32,000 nucleotides of DNA, taken from the NCBI GenBank assembly GCA_020247545.1, contig JADCIX010000019.1:50017-82016 (forward strand). Direction: 5' to 3'. This document shows, in pieces, positions 7,790 through 16,455 of this stretch (position 1 is its first letter; each line of letters opens with the position of its first letter). The position numbers were made by a program, and so were the translations under genes. The notes below the pieces were generated by a model. It made no database searches, was not told the origin of the DNA, and was given only the letters and a program-made list of their open reading frames with translations. This stretch comes from Rhodocyclaceae bacterium (GTDB lineage: Bacteria > Pseudomonadota > Gammaproteobacteria > Burkholderiales > Usitatibacteraceae).

Positions 7790-8809
7790 CTAACGCGGAT
7801 TCTGGGCCAGCGGTGTGATGCCCTGCTTCTCCAGGAAAGCCCGCAGCGCGACGGCGATGCGCTGCACTTCGGACGCTACAAAACCGCCGTGCCCGCCACC
7901 AGGGACAGTGATCATTTCGTTGTTCACGCCTGCTTTTTTCAACGCCTCATGTAAACGTACTGAGTGCGCGTATGGCACCAGTTTGTCGTTATCGCCATGA
8001 ATACTAAAGATCGCCGGCAAACCCGCACGAACATATTGAATCGGTGAGAGGCTACGCGCCAACAATTCGCGGGTTGGCGTCGCACCCAACCACTCGATGG
8101 CGTAGTGTTTCGCGTTCGGTCCCGTCAGTAGGTCTTCAATGTCGACAATGCCGAAGTAATTGACGATGGCTGCCACCTTTAGCGTCGGCTCGTCGCCACT
8201 CACCCAACGCGTTGCGTCATCGGTTGCACAAGCGCGGTCAAACGGGTTGCCGGTCGGCAACATACCCGTGATCAATGCCAGATGCCCACCCGCCGATCCG
8301 CCGGTGAGAATAACCTTGTTCATATCGAGCTTATAGTCTTTCGCGCGGCGCGAAAGCCAGCGCAACGCACAGCGTGTGTCCTCCACAGCGGCGGGTGCCG
8401 GTGAGATGCGCCCCAGCCGATAGGCGACGTTGGCGACCGCAAACCCCATTTCCAGATACGGCAGCAGTGAAAGCACTGCAGCCTCTTTGCGTCCTTCCAC
8501 CCATCCGCCGCCATGGAAAAACACCACCAGCGGAGCAGGGCCGACTATATTTTGTGGCAAGTACAAATCGAGCTTGAGCTCGACGTTATTGGCGATCGAA
8601 TACGTCAGATTTGGTTGAATCTGGTAGCCGCCACTCAGCGCATGCACAAACTCCACCACCGTATCGGCGCGTTTGGTTGTCGACGTTTGCACAATTGTGG
8701 TCGGTGCTTGCGGCATTACCGTTGGTGCTTGCGCCATTGCCACACCACAAATCGTACTCAATAAGCCAATCACCAGAGCAGAACCAAACAAACCGCTGCA
8801 TGTTGCCAT
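7790..8809 (-). CDS. Secreted alpha/beta hydrolase (esterase/lipase, HGG family)
   Basis: Signal peptide ending VAMAQA. Oxyanion motif FFHGGGW, nucleophile elbow GGSAGGH, and HGDNDKLVP near the C-terminus. SD GGGAG lies upstream of ATG 8809. Confidence 0.85.
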   Translation of the reverse strand: MATCSGLFGSALVIGLLSTICGVAMAQAPTVMPQAPTTIVQTSTTKRADTVVEFVHALSGGYQIQPNLTYSIANNVELKLDLYLPQNIVGPAPLVVFFHGGGWVEGRKEAAVLSLLPYLEMGFAVANVAYRLGRISPAPAAVEDTRCALRWLSRRAKDYKLDMNKVILTGGSAGGHLALITGMLPTGNPFDRACATDDATRWVSGDEPTLKVAAIVNYFGIVDIEDLLTGPNAKHYAIEWLGATPTRELLARSLSPIQYVRAGLPAIFSIHGDNDKLVPYAHSVRLHEALKKAGVNNEMITVPGGGHGGFVASEVQRIAVALRAFLEKQGITPLAQNPR

Positions 8810-9244
8810 ACGAACTCCCTTCGTTTACTTTCTGACAGTCTAACAAGGTTCGTCGATCGGGAAGCCGATACTCTCCCCGCCTGAGAAGCGCGCCGTTAGC
8901 CGTTAAATGGGTAGCCCGCCAGTTGCCCGATACGCGAGGTTGCAATCATCAGCTCACCCGCACAAACCGCTGCCGCACGTTTTGAAGCTGAAACGGTCAG
9001 CCAATTAGACGAGCGATTAGCCGGGGTCTGCATCGAGCAGGTTGCCGGCCAGCTTCTGCTGCGCTGGATACTCGGGAGGGTCACGGTTAGCTGAACCCGT
9101 GACTCATCAATGAGCAATAGAAGCGATGTAAGGGCTATCCAACGAACCTCTCAAAGGCGATTAATTGCGCTGACCAAGTTGGACTTTGACCGCCCCACTA
9201 TTTCGCGCAACAATACGCGGGATCAGACATCTATGTAGCAGGTC

Positions 9245-10087
9245 ATGAGCGCAGCAAACCAAGCACAAATTGATCTCTGGGATGGGCGAGTCGGCGCGAA
9301 ATGGGCGGCCCTCCACGCTGCACTCGAGACAATGCTCGCACCCGTCACCTTGGAATTAACGCAGCGCGCCGGGTCTGTGGCTGGCCTGCGTTTGCTGGAT
9401 ATCGGCTGTGGCAATGGCAAAACCTGCACCATCTGGCTGGCAGGCGGCGCACACGTTACTGGTGTGGATGTATCCGAAGCGATGCTCGCAGTTGCCACAC
9501 GGCGCACGGCGGGCATGGCAGATTTGATCAAGGCAGATGCATCGATTTGGCGAGGTGAAATTCCCTTCGACCTTGCCGTGTCGCAGTTTGGCCTGATGTT
9601 CTTCGCCGATCCCTGCGCCGCCTTCACCAACATTGCGGCGAATGTACGGCTCGGGGGGCGCCTTCTGTTCACGTGTTGGCGTCCAGTGGCGGAGAATCAA
9701 TGGGTATCGCTTCCCATGTCTGCTATTGACGATCTGGTTCCGCAACCATCGGTACCGACTGTAGAACCTGGTGTCCCCATGCCTGGGCCATTTGCGTTGG
9801 CGGATCGCGAGCAACTCAGTGGTATCGTCGCCTCGGCTGGGTTTAGCAATATCACCATCACACCACTCGACTTTTCGGTTTGTCTTGCAACTGAAGGTGG
9901 TGCGGCCGCCGCTGCGGACTTCTCGGCTCAAATCGGCCCGGCCGCTACGGTGATTGCGGAAATGGAGCCAGAGGTCAAAATCGCTGCCAGAGAGCGACTA
10001 CAGTCGGCCTATGCGCCCTTTGTGCGCGAAGGTCGCGTCGATGTCGGCGGAGCAATTTGGATTGTGGACGCAACTCGGCAACATTAA
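9245..10087 (+). CDS. Class I SAM-dependent methyltransferase
   Basis: Motif I LLDIGCGNGKT, followed by VTGVDVSEAML. Confidence 0.8.
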   Translation: MSAANQAQIDLWDGRVGAKWAALHAALETMLAPVTLELTQRAGSVAGLRLLDIGCGNGKTCTIWLAGGAHVTGVDVSEAMLAVATRRTAGMADLIKADASIWRGEIPFDLAVSQFGLMFFADPCAAFTNIAANVRLGGRLLFTCWRPVAENQWVSLPMSAIDDLVPQPSVPTVEPGVPMPGPFALADREQLSGIVASAGFSNITITPLDFSVCLATEGGAAAAADFSAQIGPAATVIAEMEPEVKIAARERLQSAYAPFVREGRVDVGGAIWIVDATRQH

Positions 10088-10117
10088 CGACGGGCATCTC
10101 GACACGAAAATGGCTGA

Positions 10118-10139
10118 AAACGCCCGCCAGTAGGCGTTT
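10118..10139 (+). terminator. Hairpin after the methyltransferase gene
   Basis: AAACGCC, an 8-nt loop, GGCGTTT. Only a short T run follows. Confidence 0.3.
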
Positions 10140-10171
10140 GCGTCACACACACAGGATTTCAGCGATCTCTT

Positions 10172-10702
10172 GTGCCGAACCCCGTCGCATCGTGGACGTT
10201 TAACGTCATCGAAGAATTGTTTGACCATGTTCGCAAGACAACAGGCGCAACGACCAGTGGGTATATTCTTTATGGCCACTCGGCGGGCGGCCAATTCACC
10301 CACCGAATGGTTATGCTGATGCCGCAAGGTATACGGATGACCCAAGCCTACGCAGCGAATGCTGGCTGGTACCTGATGCCCGAGGCCAACGTTAACTACC
10401 CCTACGGATTGCACAACGCCCGCGCCAACGCGATGACATCCTGCCTTGGTTACAGCCGCAAAATGACGGTCTTGATCGGTGAGGTCGATACTGACCCTAA
10501 CCACTATCAGCTTAGACGTACCAAGGACGCGATGCGCCAGGGGGTCAATCGCTTTGAGCGCGGCAGCACATTTTTTGAAACTGCGAAGCGCGACGCCGCA
10601 GCAAGAAGTTGCGCCTTCAACTGGACTTTACATACGGTTTCCGGCGCGGCGCATGAACAAGAGAAAATGGCCGCTGCGACTGTCCTTCTACTGCCCCCCT
10701 AA
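10172..10702 (+). pseudogene. N-terminally truncated alpha/beta hydrolase remnant
   Basis: The nucleophile elbow GHSAGG sits at residues 35-40, with Ser at 37. That is far too close to the N-terminus for a complete alpha/beta fold. The frame is closed by TGA at 10115-10117 and the only start is a GTG. Confidence 0.55.
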
Positions 10703-10864
10703 GACTGTCGACTGGGGTTAGCCCTCCACAGAACACGCCCGTCTGCTCTATCTGCATTCTGTCGCACAAAGCCTAGACTGCTGACAGTGCGCGCGGCAAA
10801 CTTAAGCGTACTTACTCGTCGCTAACCAATTTTGCGGCAGCCTTTACCACTGCGGATATAACGT

Positions 10865-11932
10865 ATGTCCAAGCTCCTCATAGTCTTCTCAATACGAAAC
10901 CTTGCCACTTTCACCATCATTGCCAACTTGTTCTATTCGCCCATCATTCAGGCGCAATCGAATTCGCCGAGCGCAATCGTCACGCCACCAGTCGAGGAGC
11001 TATTGGTTGTGGGCGAGCAGCCCGGCCCGGGAATGTGGAAAGTATCCAAAGGGGACAATACGCTGTGGGTCATTGCCACCCATACCCCCGTCCCGCAAAA
11101 CATGAAGTGGCGCGCGAAAGGGATTAAGGAGACGGTCGCCGGTGCCCAAGAAGTCCTCAGCACACCCTCAATTTCGGTAAGCACCAAAAACATGGGTTTT
11201 CTGCAAACCCTTTCGCTATTGCCAATGCTGCCGATGGCCATGGAGGGAAGGAAGAACCCTGATGGTGCGCGATTAAAGGACCTAATCCCGGCGGATACCT
11301 ACGCACGCTGGTTGGTGCTGCGCGACAAATACATTTTTGAGAACAACACGGACGACGAATCGCAGGACATCGAGCGCTGGCGACCGATTTTCGCCGCGCT
11401 AGAACTCTACCGTCAGGCGATCAAGAAGAACGGCATGGTAACTTCCAGCCCGGTGTGGAAGACGGTGGAAGACGAGGCGAAGCGCAACAAGATCAAGATC
11501 ACTTCGGTTGTATTTGAAGCGCCGTTAGGCAACGCCCGCGGTGCAATCCGCGACCTGAACAAATCTCGCCTCGAAGATATTGACTGTTTTACTAAAACCA
11601 TCGACCGTATCGAAGCAGAGCTAGGGGTGATGCGCAAACGCGCAAATGCGTGGGCGCGCGGGGACATCGACGTCTTGCGCGGGCTGCCGTGGCAGGATCA
11701 GCGCGAAGCGTGTACCAACGCGATACAAAACGCGTCCTTCGTACAAAAGCTTGGCATGACCAACGTTGCCGCGAAAATCGAAACTGCTTGGATTGAACAA
11801 GCAGAAAAATCGCTCGCGACAAACGCCGTTACGGTCGCGGTGTTGTCGTTAAATGAGGTGGTGAGCAAAACCGGCTACCTTGCCAAGCTCCGCGCCAAGG
11901 GCTACACCGTTATTGAACCTACCGAGCAGTAG
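10865..11932 (+). CDS. TraB/GumN family protein, secreted
   Basis: Signal-like N-terminus and the motif GPGMWKVSKGDNTLWVIATHTPVPQNMKW, which resembles GumN/TraB family N-termini. Confidence 0.7.
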   Translation: MSKLLIVFSIRNLATFTIIANLFYSPIIQAQSNSPSAIVTPPVEELLVVGEQPGPGMWKVSKGDNTLWVIATHTPVPQNMKWRAKGIKETVAGAQEVLSTPSISVSTKNMGFLQTLSLLPMLPMAMEGRKNPDGARLKDLIPADTYARWLVLRDKYIFENNTDDESQDIERWRPIFAALELYRQAIKKNGMVTSSPVWKTVEDEAKRNKIKITSVVFEAPLGNARGAIRDLNKSRLEDIDCFTKTIDRIEAELGVMRKRANAWARGDIDVLRGLPWQDQREACTNAIQNASFVQKLGMTNVAAKIETAWIEQAEKSLATNAVTVAVLSLNEVVSKTGYLAKLRAKGYTVIEPTEQ

Positions 11933-12704
11933 CGACCATCCGAGCACCTTGGGTCGAGCCTGGCAGGGTTGTTACCCTCAACGCAAGGTGCCCGGCAAAG
12001 TGCGCGGCCACCATTGAATACAACACCGGCGAGGGATGGAAACCATCTTCCGCCATTAGTTGGGGATGTGTGAACCCGTCCATCGGCAGGTGCGAGACCA
12101 GCGAGGCGCGGCGCGGATGGGCTGCCCAACGGGCTTGCATGCTATTGCTGCGTCGCGCCTCCGCACCGCCATACCACGCGAGCGGTTGGGGCAGCAGCGG
12201 AAAACGTTCTACCGCTGGCAAGCCCGGAAACAACACATGCCCCACTCCGGTGCGCTGTTGCAACAGGCGCACAATTCGATTGCGTGCGCGTAGCGCATGA
12301 CCGATGGCGACGTTGTTGGAGATATCATTTACGCCGACGATAACCACCGCTGCGTCGGCCGACGGCAACGACTTAGCACGTAATAGCTCAAGCACCCCCG
12401 CCGACGTTAAGCCCGTTTGCGCAAACAGATGCCAGCATACATCGCGCCCGATTCGTTGCGCCAGTGCGGCGGCCAGTTGCGGGGCCAAGGCCTCGGCCTG
12501 CGTCGTCGCCCCCACACCGGCCGCAGATGAATCACCGGCGATCAGTATTGAAAGTGCCGGTAACCCTCTGGCTGCATCGGGCGACCTAGCCACACCGTGC
12601 CGCTCGCCAGATGGCTCGGGCAATTCGAGTGCGACACGGCGCAGGCGTTTGGCCTGTGCGATGAGCATCGGTGCGAGCACCGGCTTGATGAGTTGAACTA
12701 CCAT
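11919..12704 (-). CDS. SGNH/GDSL hydrolase family protein
   Basis: Block I ILIAGDSSAAGVG, block III VIVGVNDI, block V EDGFHPS. 14-nt convergent overlap with the TraB/GumN gene. Confidence 0.8.
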   Translation of the reverse strand: MVVQLIKPVLAPMLIAQAKRLRRVALELPEPSGERHGVARSPDAARGLPALSILIAGDSSAAGVGATTQAEALAPQLAAALAQRIGRDVCWHLFAQTGLTSAGVLELLRAKSLPSADAAVVIVGVNDISNNVAIGHALRARNRIVRLLQQRTGVGHVLFPGLPAVERFPLLPQPLAWYGGAEARRSNSMQARWAAHPRRASLVSHLPMDGFTHPQLMAEDGFHPSPVLYSMVAAHFAGHLALRVTTLPGSTQGARMVATAR

Positions 12705-12822
12705 AAGAGTAAGTCTGACGCCTTGATGTTTCAGGAAACCACACGTTAGAGTCTAGCAATATTCGCGCCAGCTGTTGGTGCGACCGGACACACGGAAAAA
12801 CTGTCCGCGAGACCGCCGTGCC

Positions 12823-13563
12823 CTACTGGCGGCGAAAACGAAATTGATAAGGTTCGCTAACGGATAGTTTCTCGCCGCGGCCCACCAGCCTTAGGCGCAT
12901 TTGCTCGCTACTCCGCGAGACCGAATCGACACACTTTGCATTGACGATCGTGCCTCGGTGAATTTGCCAGAAATCATTGGGATCCAACCCTTCGAGCAAC
13001 TCCTTGATTGATCGCCGAATGTGCAATTCGCCACGCTTAGTAACAACTTTAGTGTACTTCGCGTCTGACTGGAAGTAGATCACATCTTCGACGGGGACGA
13101 TACGGATCTGGGTGCCAACCGAGGCCTGAATCCAGCGGATGTTTTCCGGACGTTGATTCCTTTCGATGAGTCGCAACACTTCGGTCAGTTCAACCGGTGC
13201 CGCAGTCAAGCGTTGCCGAAGCCTTGCCACCGTCACAGCAAGGCGATCACGCTCGATAGGTTTCACGACAAAATCAACTGCACCTTCCTCAAAAGCTGTC
13301 ACAGCATGCTCCTGGTATGCAGTGACAAAAACAACATGGCATCGGCCTGATACCAGCCTTGCCACCTCAAGGCCATTTAATCCCGGCACGTGAATATCCA
13401 GAAAGAGGACGTCAGGAAGACGTTCACCAATCATCTTGATCGCGGTGATGCCATCCTCGGCTTCCCGCGACACGTCGAGTTGTGGCCAGAGCTCGGCCAA
13501 GTGTTGCCGCAGTGCGGCTCGAAGAAGTGGCTCGTCTTCTACAATCAACGCGGTTGCCGTCAC
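12823..13563 (-). CDS. LytR/AlgR family response regulator (receiver + LytTR)
   Basis: Receiver domain (LIVEDEPLL .. LFLDIHVPGLNG) and a C-terminal LytTR domain (IYFQSDAKYTKVVT .. FWQIHRGTIVN). GTG start lies 1 nt after the kinase stop. Confidence 0.9.
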   Translation of the reverse strand: MTATALIVEDEPLLRAALRQHLAELWPQLDVSREAEDGITAIKMIGERLPDVLFLDIHVPGLNGLEVARLVSGRCHVVFVTAYQEHAVTAFEEGAVDFVVKPIERDRLAVTVARLRQRLTAAPVELTEVLRLIERNQRPENIRWIQASVGTQIRIVPVEDVIYFQSDAKYTKVVTKRGELHIRRSIKELLEGLDPNDFWQIHRGTIVNAKCVDSVSRSSEQMRLRLVGRGEKLSVSEPYQFRFRRQ

Positions 13564-13564
13564 G

Positions 13565-14617
13565 TTACTCCGCTGGAATTGTCAAGATTGCCTCGACACC
13601 TGAAGGCTTTCGATGGTTGAGCGATAACATTGCCCGTTCGCCATACTGTGTGCTGATACGTTCGCGTAAGTTTGCGAGCCCCATGCCGCCCCCCACTTCA
13701 CTGCCAAAACCTACCCCATCATCAAGCACACGGACCACGAGCTTGCGCTCGGTTCGGGTTACGATGATTTGCAGCGATCCACCTTCTGGTTTTGCATCAA
13801 TTCCATGCTTCACAGCATTCTCCACGAGGGTCAATATACCCAGTGGGGGCACATGGAGTTTATACAGGTTTTCAGGCACGTCTAGGCTGTACTGGAGGCG
13901 CTTACCCATGCGCATTTGCATGATTTCGAGGTAGGACAAGATACGATCAAGCTCGTGTTTGATCGTCGCTTTTCCACCGGCTCTCACATCAGGAATAGTG
14001 GTCTTTAGGTATTGAATCAGGCTGCCCAGCATTCGGTCAGCATCGGCGGGAGCCGAACGCACCAGTTGTTGAACATTGGCAAGCGTGTTGTATATAAAGT
14101 GCGGTTCAATCTGTGATTGCAGCGCATGGAGCTTTAGCTCAACAAGCTGTCGATCAGCCGTGGTGCGGCGATCCGCATCTTCGCGAAGTGCGGTGGTGAC
14201 CAGCATCAGCGCGCAGAAACCGAAGGTCGCCATGCCAGCAACGCCATAGGTTGTATTCATCGCCTCCCACGGACTACTCGCCGAGAAAGTCCTGATCGCC
14301 ATGCCAATAACGCCATAGGTTGTATTCATCGCCTCCGACGGATTGCTCGCCGAAAAAATCCCCGTAATGACCGAGGCTCCGATCACCGAGGCAACTACGG
14401 ACGCCAAAAGTGTCATCCGCAAATCGGCTTGCCGCGGGAACAACAGCAACGCTCTGCTCACCACATCAGCAAACCAGTGCCCTCCCAGTAACAGAACAAA
14501 CCAGCGCAGCCATAGTGACCAACCGCCGACGCCGTAAGCGAGCATGATGGACAGCGCGGCGATCACCCAGGCTGTCCACCGATTGGCAAGCAGGCGACTA
14601 ATTCGACTTGAATTCAA
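13565..14617 (-). CDS. LytS/YehU-type sensor histidine kinase
   Basis: His_kinase box LQSQIEPHFIYNTLANV plus an HATPase domain (LVENAVKHG .. DDGVGF .. GMGLANLRER). N-terminal hydrophobic sensor region. The track start is a TTG that overlaps the upstream gene by 20 nt. ATG 14545 is an alternative. Confidence 0.9.
   Translation of the reverse strand: MNSSRISRLLANRWTAWVIAALSIMLAYGVGGWSLWLRWFVLLLGGHWFADVVSRALLLFPRQADLRMTLLASVVASVIGASVITGIFSASNPSEAMNTTYGVIGMAIRTFSASSPWEAMNTTYGVAGMATFGFCALMLVTTALREDADRRTTADRQLVELKLHALQSQIEPHFIYNTLANVQQLVRSAPADADRMLGSLIQYLKTTIPDVRAGGKATIKHELDRILSYLEIMQMRMGKRLQYSLDVPENLYKLHVPPLGILTLVENAVKHGIDAKPEGGSLQIIVTRTERKLVVRVLDDGVGFGSEVGGGMGLANLRERISTQYGERAMLSLNHRKPSGVEAILTIPAE
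14229..14366. repeat. In-frame 69-bp tandem duplication inside the kinase gene
   Basis: Unit 1 is 14229-14297 and unit 2 is 14298-14366. The first ~55 nt are nearly identical (gccatgccaRYaacgccataggttgtattcatcgcctcc..). The encoded peptides are ..EAMNTTYGVIGMA.. and ..EAMNTTYGVAGMA... Confidence 0.85.
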
Positions 14618-15182
14618 GATTCTTCGGGCCGCTTGGGACCATCTTAGGGGTAGTTCCCGTCACTGGAGTGGAGTTGGGAACGACATCAATTTTGAACTTG
14701 TCGACCCAAACCTGACCGCCGTCTGCCAGCAGCACACCCATTGCAAGGTTTCTTGCAGTTTCAGACACATCCAGCACTACCTCATAGCGCTTCCAGTCAG
14801 TCGTGCCCTTTATCGACCGATCCTGCATATTGTCAAACGCGAGCGTGTCACGTTTCTCGCCGTCAACACGGAACCAGAGTCCAGCCCAGCCCTTTACGTT
14901 TTCGGAGCGAATCGACGCGGACACTCTGACGCGTTTGCCAAGATATTGCTGTGCCGAAAACATCTGCATCATGGTGCCGAAACCTGCTACCGATGCCGTT
15001 TTCGATTTGAGATACGCGATATTGCTGCCGTCCGCGTTGGGCGATGGCTCATTCCCCAACATGTAGCTTGCCGGTTTATCACCAGCGATAAACCAACCGG
15101 GTACCGTAGTGGTTGCGACGACCGAAACGGAAGCCAGTAAAGTCGCAAACAACGCGGCACCGATGATGACTTTGAGGTTCAT
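14598..15182 (-). CDS. Secreted beta-sandwich (CBM/galactose-binding-like) protein of unknown function, first gene of the kinase operon
   Basis: Signal peptide MNLKVIIGAALFATLLASVSVVA. Conserved-looking core GWAGLWFRVDG..LAFDNMQDRSIKGTTDWKRYEVVLDV..GQVWVD. SD GGAGA lies upstream of ATG 15182. The domain assignment is from memory of similar uncharacterised proteins. Confidence 0.7.
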   Translation of the reverse strand: MNLKVIIGAALFATLLASVSVVATTTVPGWFIAGDKPASYMLGNEPSPNADGSNIAYLKSKTASVAGFGTMMQMFSAQQYLGKRVRVSASIRSENVKGWAGLWFRVDGEKRDTLAFDNMQDRSIKGTTDWKRYEVVLDVSETARNLAMGVLLADGGQVWVDKFKIDVVPNSTPVTGTTPKMVPSGPKNLEFKSN

Positions 15183-15434
15183 GAAATTCTCCAAATGAAT
15201 GTGGAGCACAGACTGTAGCCGTACGAACTAGCGGAGAACAGAGATGCTGCGATGGTTTCCGGCGACGATGCGACGGATTCGGCAAAAAACAATCATTCTG
15301 CACACCCACCCCTCGTACATCTTCTAGAACCGCCAGACGACGATTCGGCTCTTCTTTTTGCCTTGCGCCATATTGATGGCCGCTACCCGCCGCGCTATTC
15401 GCCGTGGCCCGCCGGTATTTCTTTCATGCAGCTC

Positions 15435-15878
15435 CTATGAAGCTGGTCGGCTTGCTGTCGGCATTAGCGCCGACAACCGGCTAATCGCTGCTTCACTAAG
15501 CGGCGCGGAGCGACGGGTGGTGGTATCAACATGCACGATCACGCTCCTGCTTGTTGCCACACATCGTCCCTGTTGAAAAATCGCCTGCTCCAGCGTGACG
15601 GAACTTCTGCCAATCTTGCCCACGCGTGTCCCGATATCCACAACGCCGGGCCAATGCACTTCATCCAAAAAATCAATTTGCAGACTGGCGACAACAAACG
15701 AACAACCAGGATCATGTAGCCCAGTTTCCTTGGCGTAAATTACCTCAACACGTCCGGTTTCCAACAGCGTTGCAAAGACGGAGTTATTAACGTGACCCTG
15801 TCGATCTGTATCCGCGTAACGCAACTTGTCCTGCGCGTGGATGGGGAAGTCCTTGAGCGAAGGTATCGGGTTGGTCAT
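15435..15878 (-). CDS. Acyl-CoA thioesterase, hotdog fold (4HBT/YbgC-like)
   Basis: LRYADTDRQGHVNNSVFATLLE motif and a size of about 147 aa. Confidence 0.8.
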   Translation of the reverse strand: MTNPIPSLKDFPIHAQDKLRYADTDRQGHVNNSVFATLLETGRVEVIYAKETGLHDPGCSFVVASLQIDFLDEVHWPGVVDIGTRVGKIGRSSVTLEQAIFQQGRCVATSRSVIVHVDTTTRRSAPLSEAAISRLSALMPTASRPAS

Positions 15879-15956
15879 GCTGATAAGCTGTGCATTAAGA
15901 GTGTTGGCGGCAGGCCAGCCAGACTAACCAAGGTGCAGATCCGTTTGATTCGTGCG

Positions 15957-16346
15957 CTAAATTACGCCTCTGCCAAGCAGGGCCGGCACCAATGCACCGA
16001 GCACCAAAGTCATCACCGGGAATATGCTCAGCATAAAGCCGAGACCCCGCGTTTGAGGTGCATTCACGTAAGCGCGCCAATAGATCACACGGCCGACCAA
16101 GTACACCGCGCCAAGGGCGGCGACATAGTTCGCCGGCCAGTATCGGGCGGCGACATACATGGCGGGCAGCAACGCCACCAACTGTTCCAGCGTATTCATG
16201 TGTGCGCGGTAGATGCGCTCAAAAGGCTCTGACCCCGTAATGGCGGGCGCCTTAATGCCGTAGGTTCCGCGCGCGCGACCTACGAGGCCACCGAACACGA
16301 GGTATTGAAGGATAGCAAGCATGGCAACAACGTCGATAGCGTTCAT
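15957..16346 (-). CDS. MAPEG family membrane protein
   Basis: About 129 aa with 3-4 hydrophobic helices. FERIYRAHMNTLEQL and VGRVIYWRAY are typical of MAPEG. ATG 16346 is preferred over the track start. Confidence 0.75.
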   Translation of the reverse strand: MNAIDVVAMLAILQYLVFGGLVGRARGTYGIKAPAITGSEPFERIYRAHMNTLEQLVALLPAMYVAARYWPANYVAALGAVYLVGRVIYWRAYVNAPQTRGLGFMLSIFPVMTLVLGALVPALLGRGVI

Positions 16347-16455
16347 AGATTTTGAATGTAGAAGATATTGGTCAATCGGTAGACAACTATGAGGCACAAG
16401 CACCGCAGCAGTAGATGTTTCCTATAATACAAGAGCGTCGGCGTCGCATCGCTCC

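Noticed and set aside
8896-9117. 73-aa minus ORF in the long intergenic region
   Set aside because: It has a TTG start, no SD and no recognisable motif. It may be a remnant, but I cannot support it.
9223-9931. 149-aa and 191-aa minus ORFs
   Set aside because: They are antisense to the well-supported methyltransferase gene, a typical GC-rich shadow frame.
9998-10504. 168-aa minus ORF
   Set aside because: It is antisense to the methyltransferase 3' end and the hydrolase remnant. The composition is not protein-like.
12304-12696. 130-aa + ORF
   Set aside because: It is antisense to the SGNH hydrolase gene, which has clear catalytic blocks.
14544-15140. 198-aa + ORF
   Set aside because: It is antisense to the secreted beta-sandwich gene and the kinase 5' end. 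The minus-strand genes have signal peptide, SD and domain motifs.
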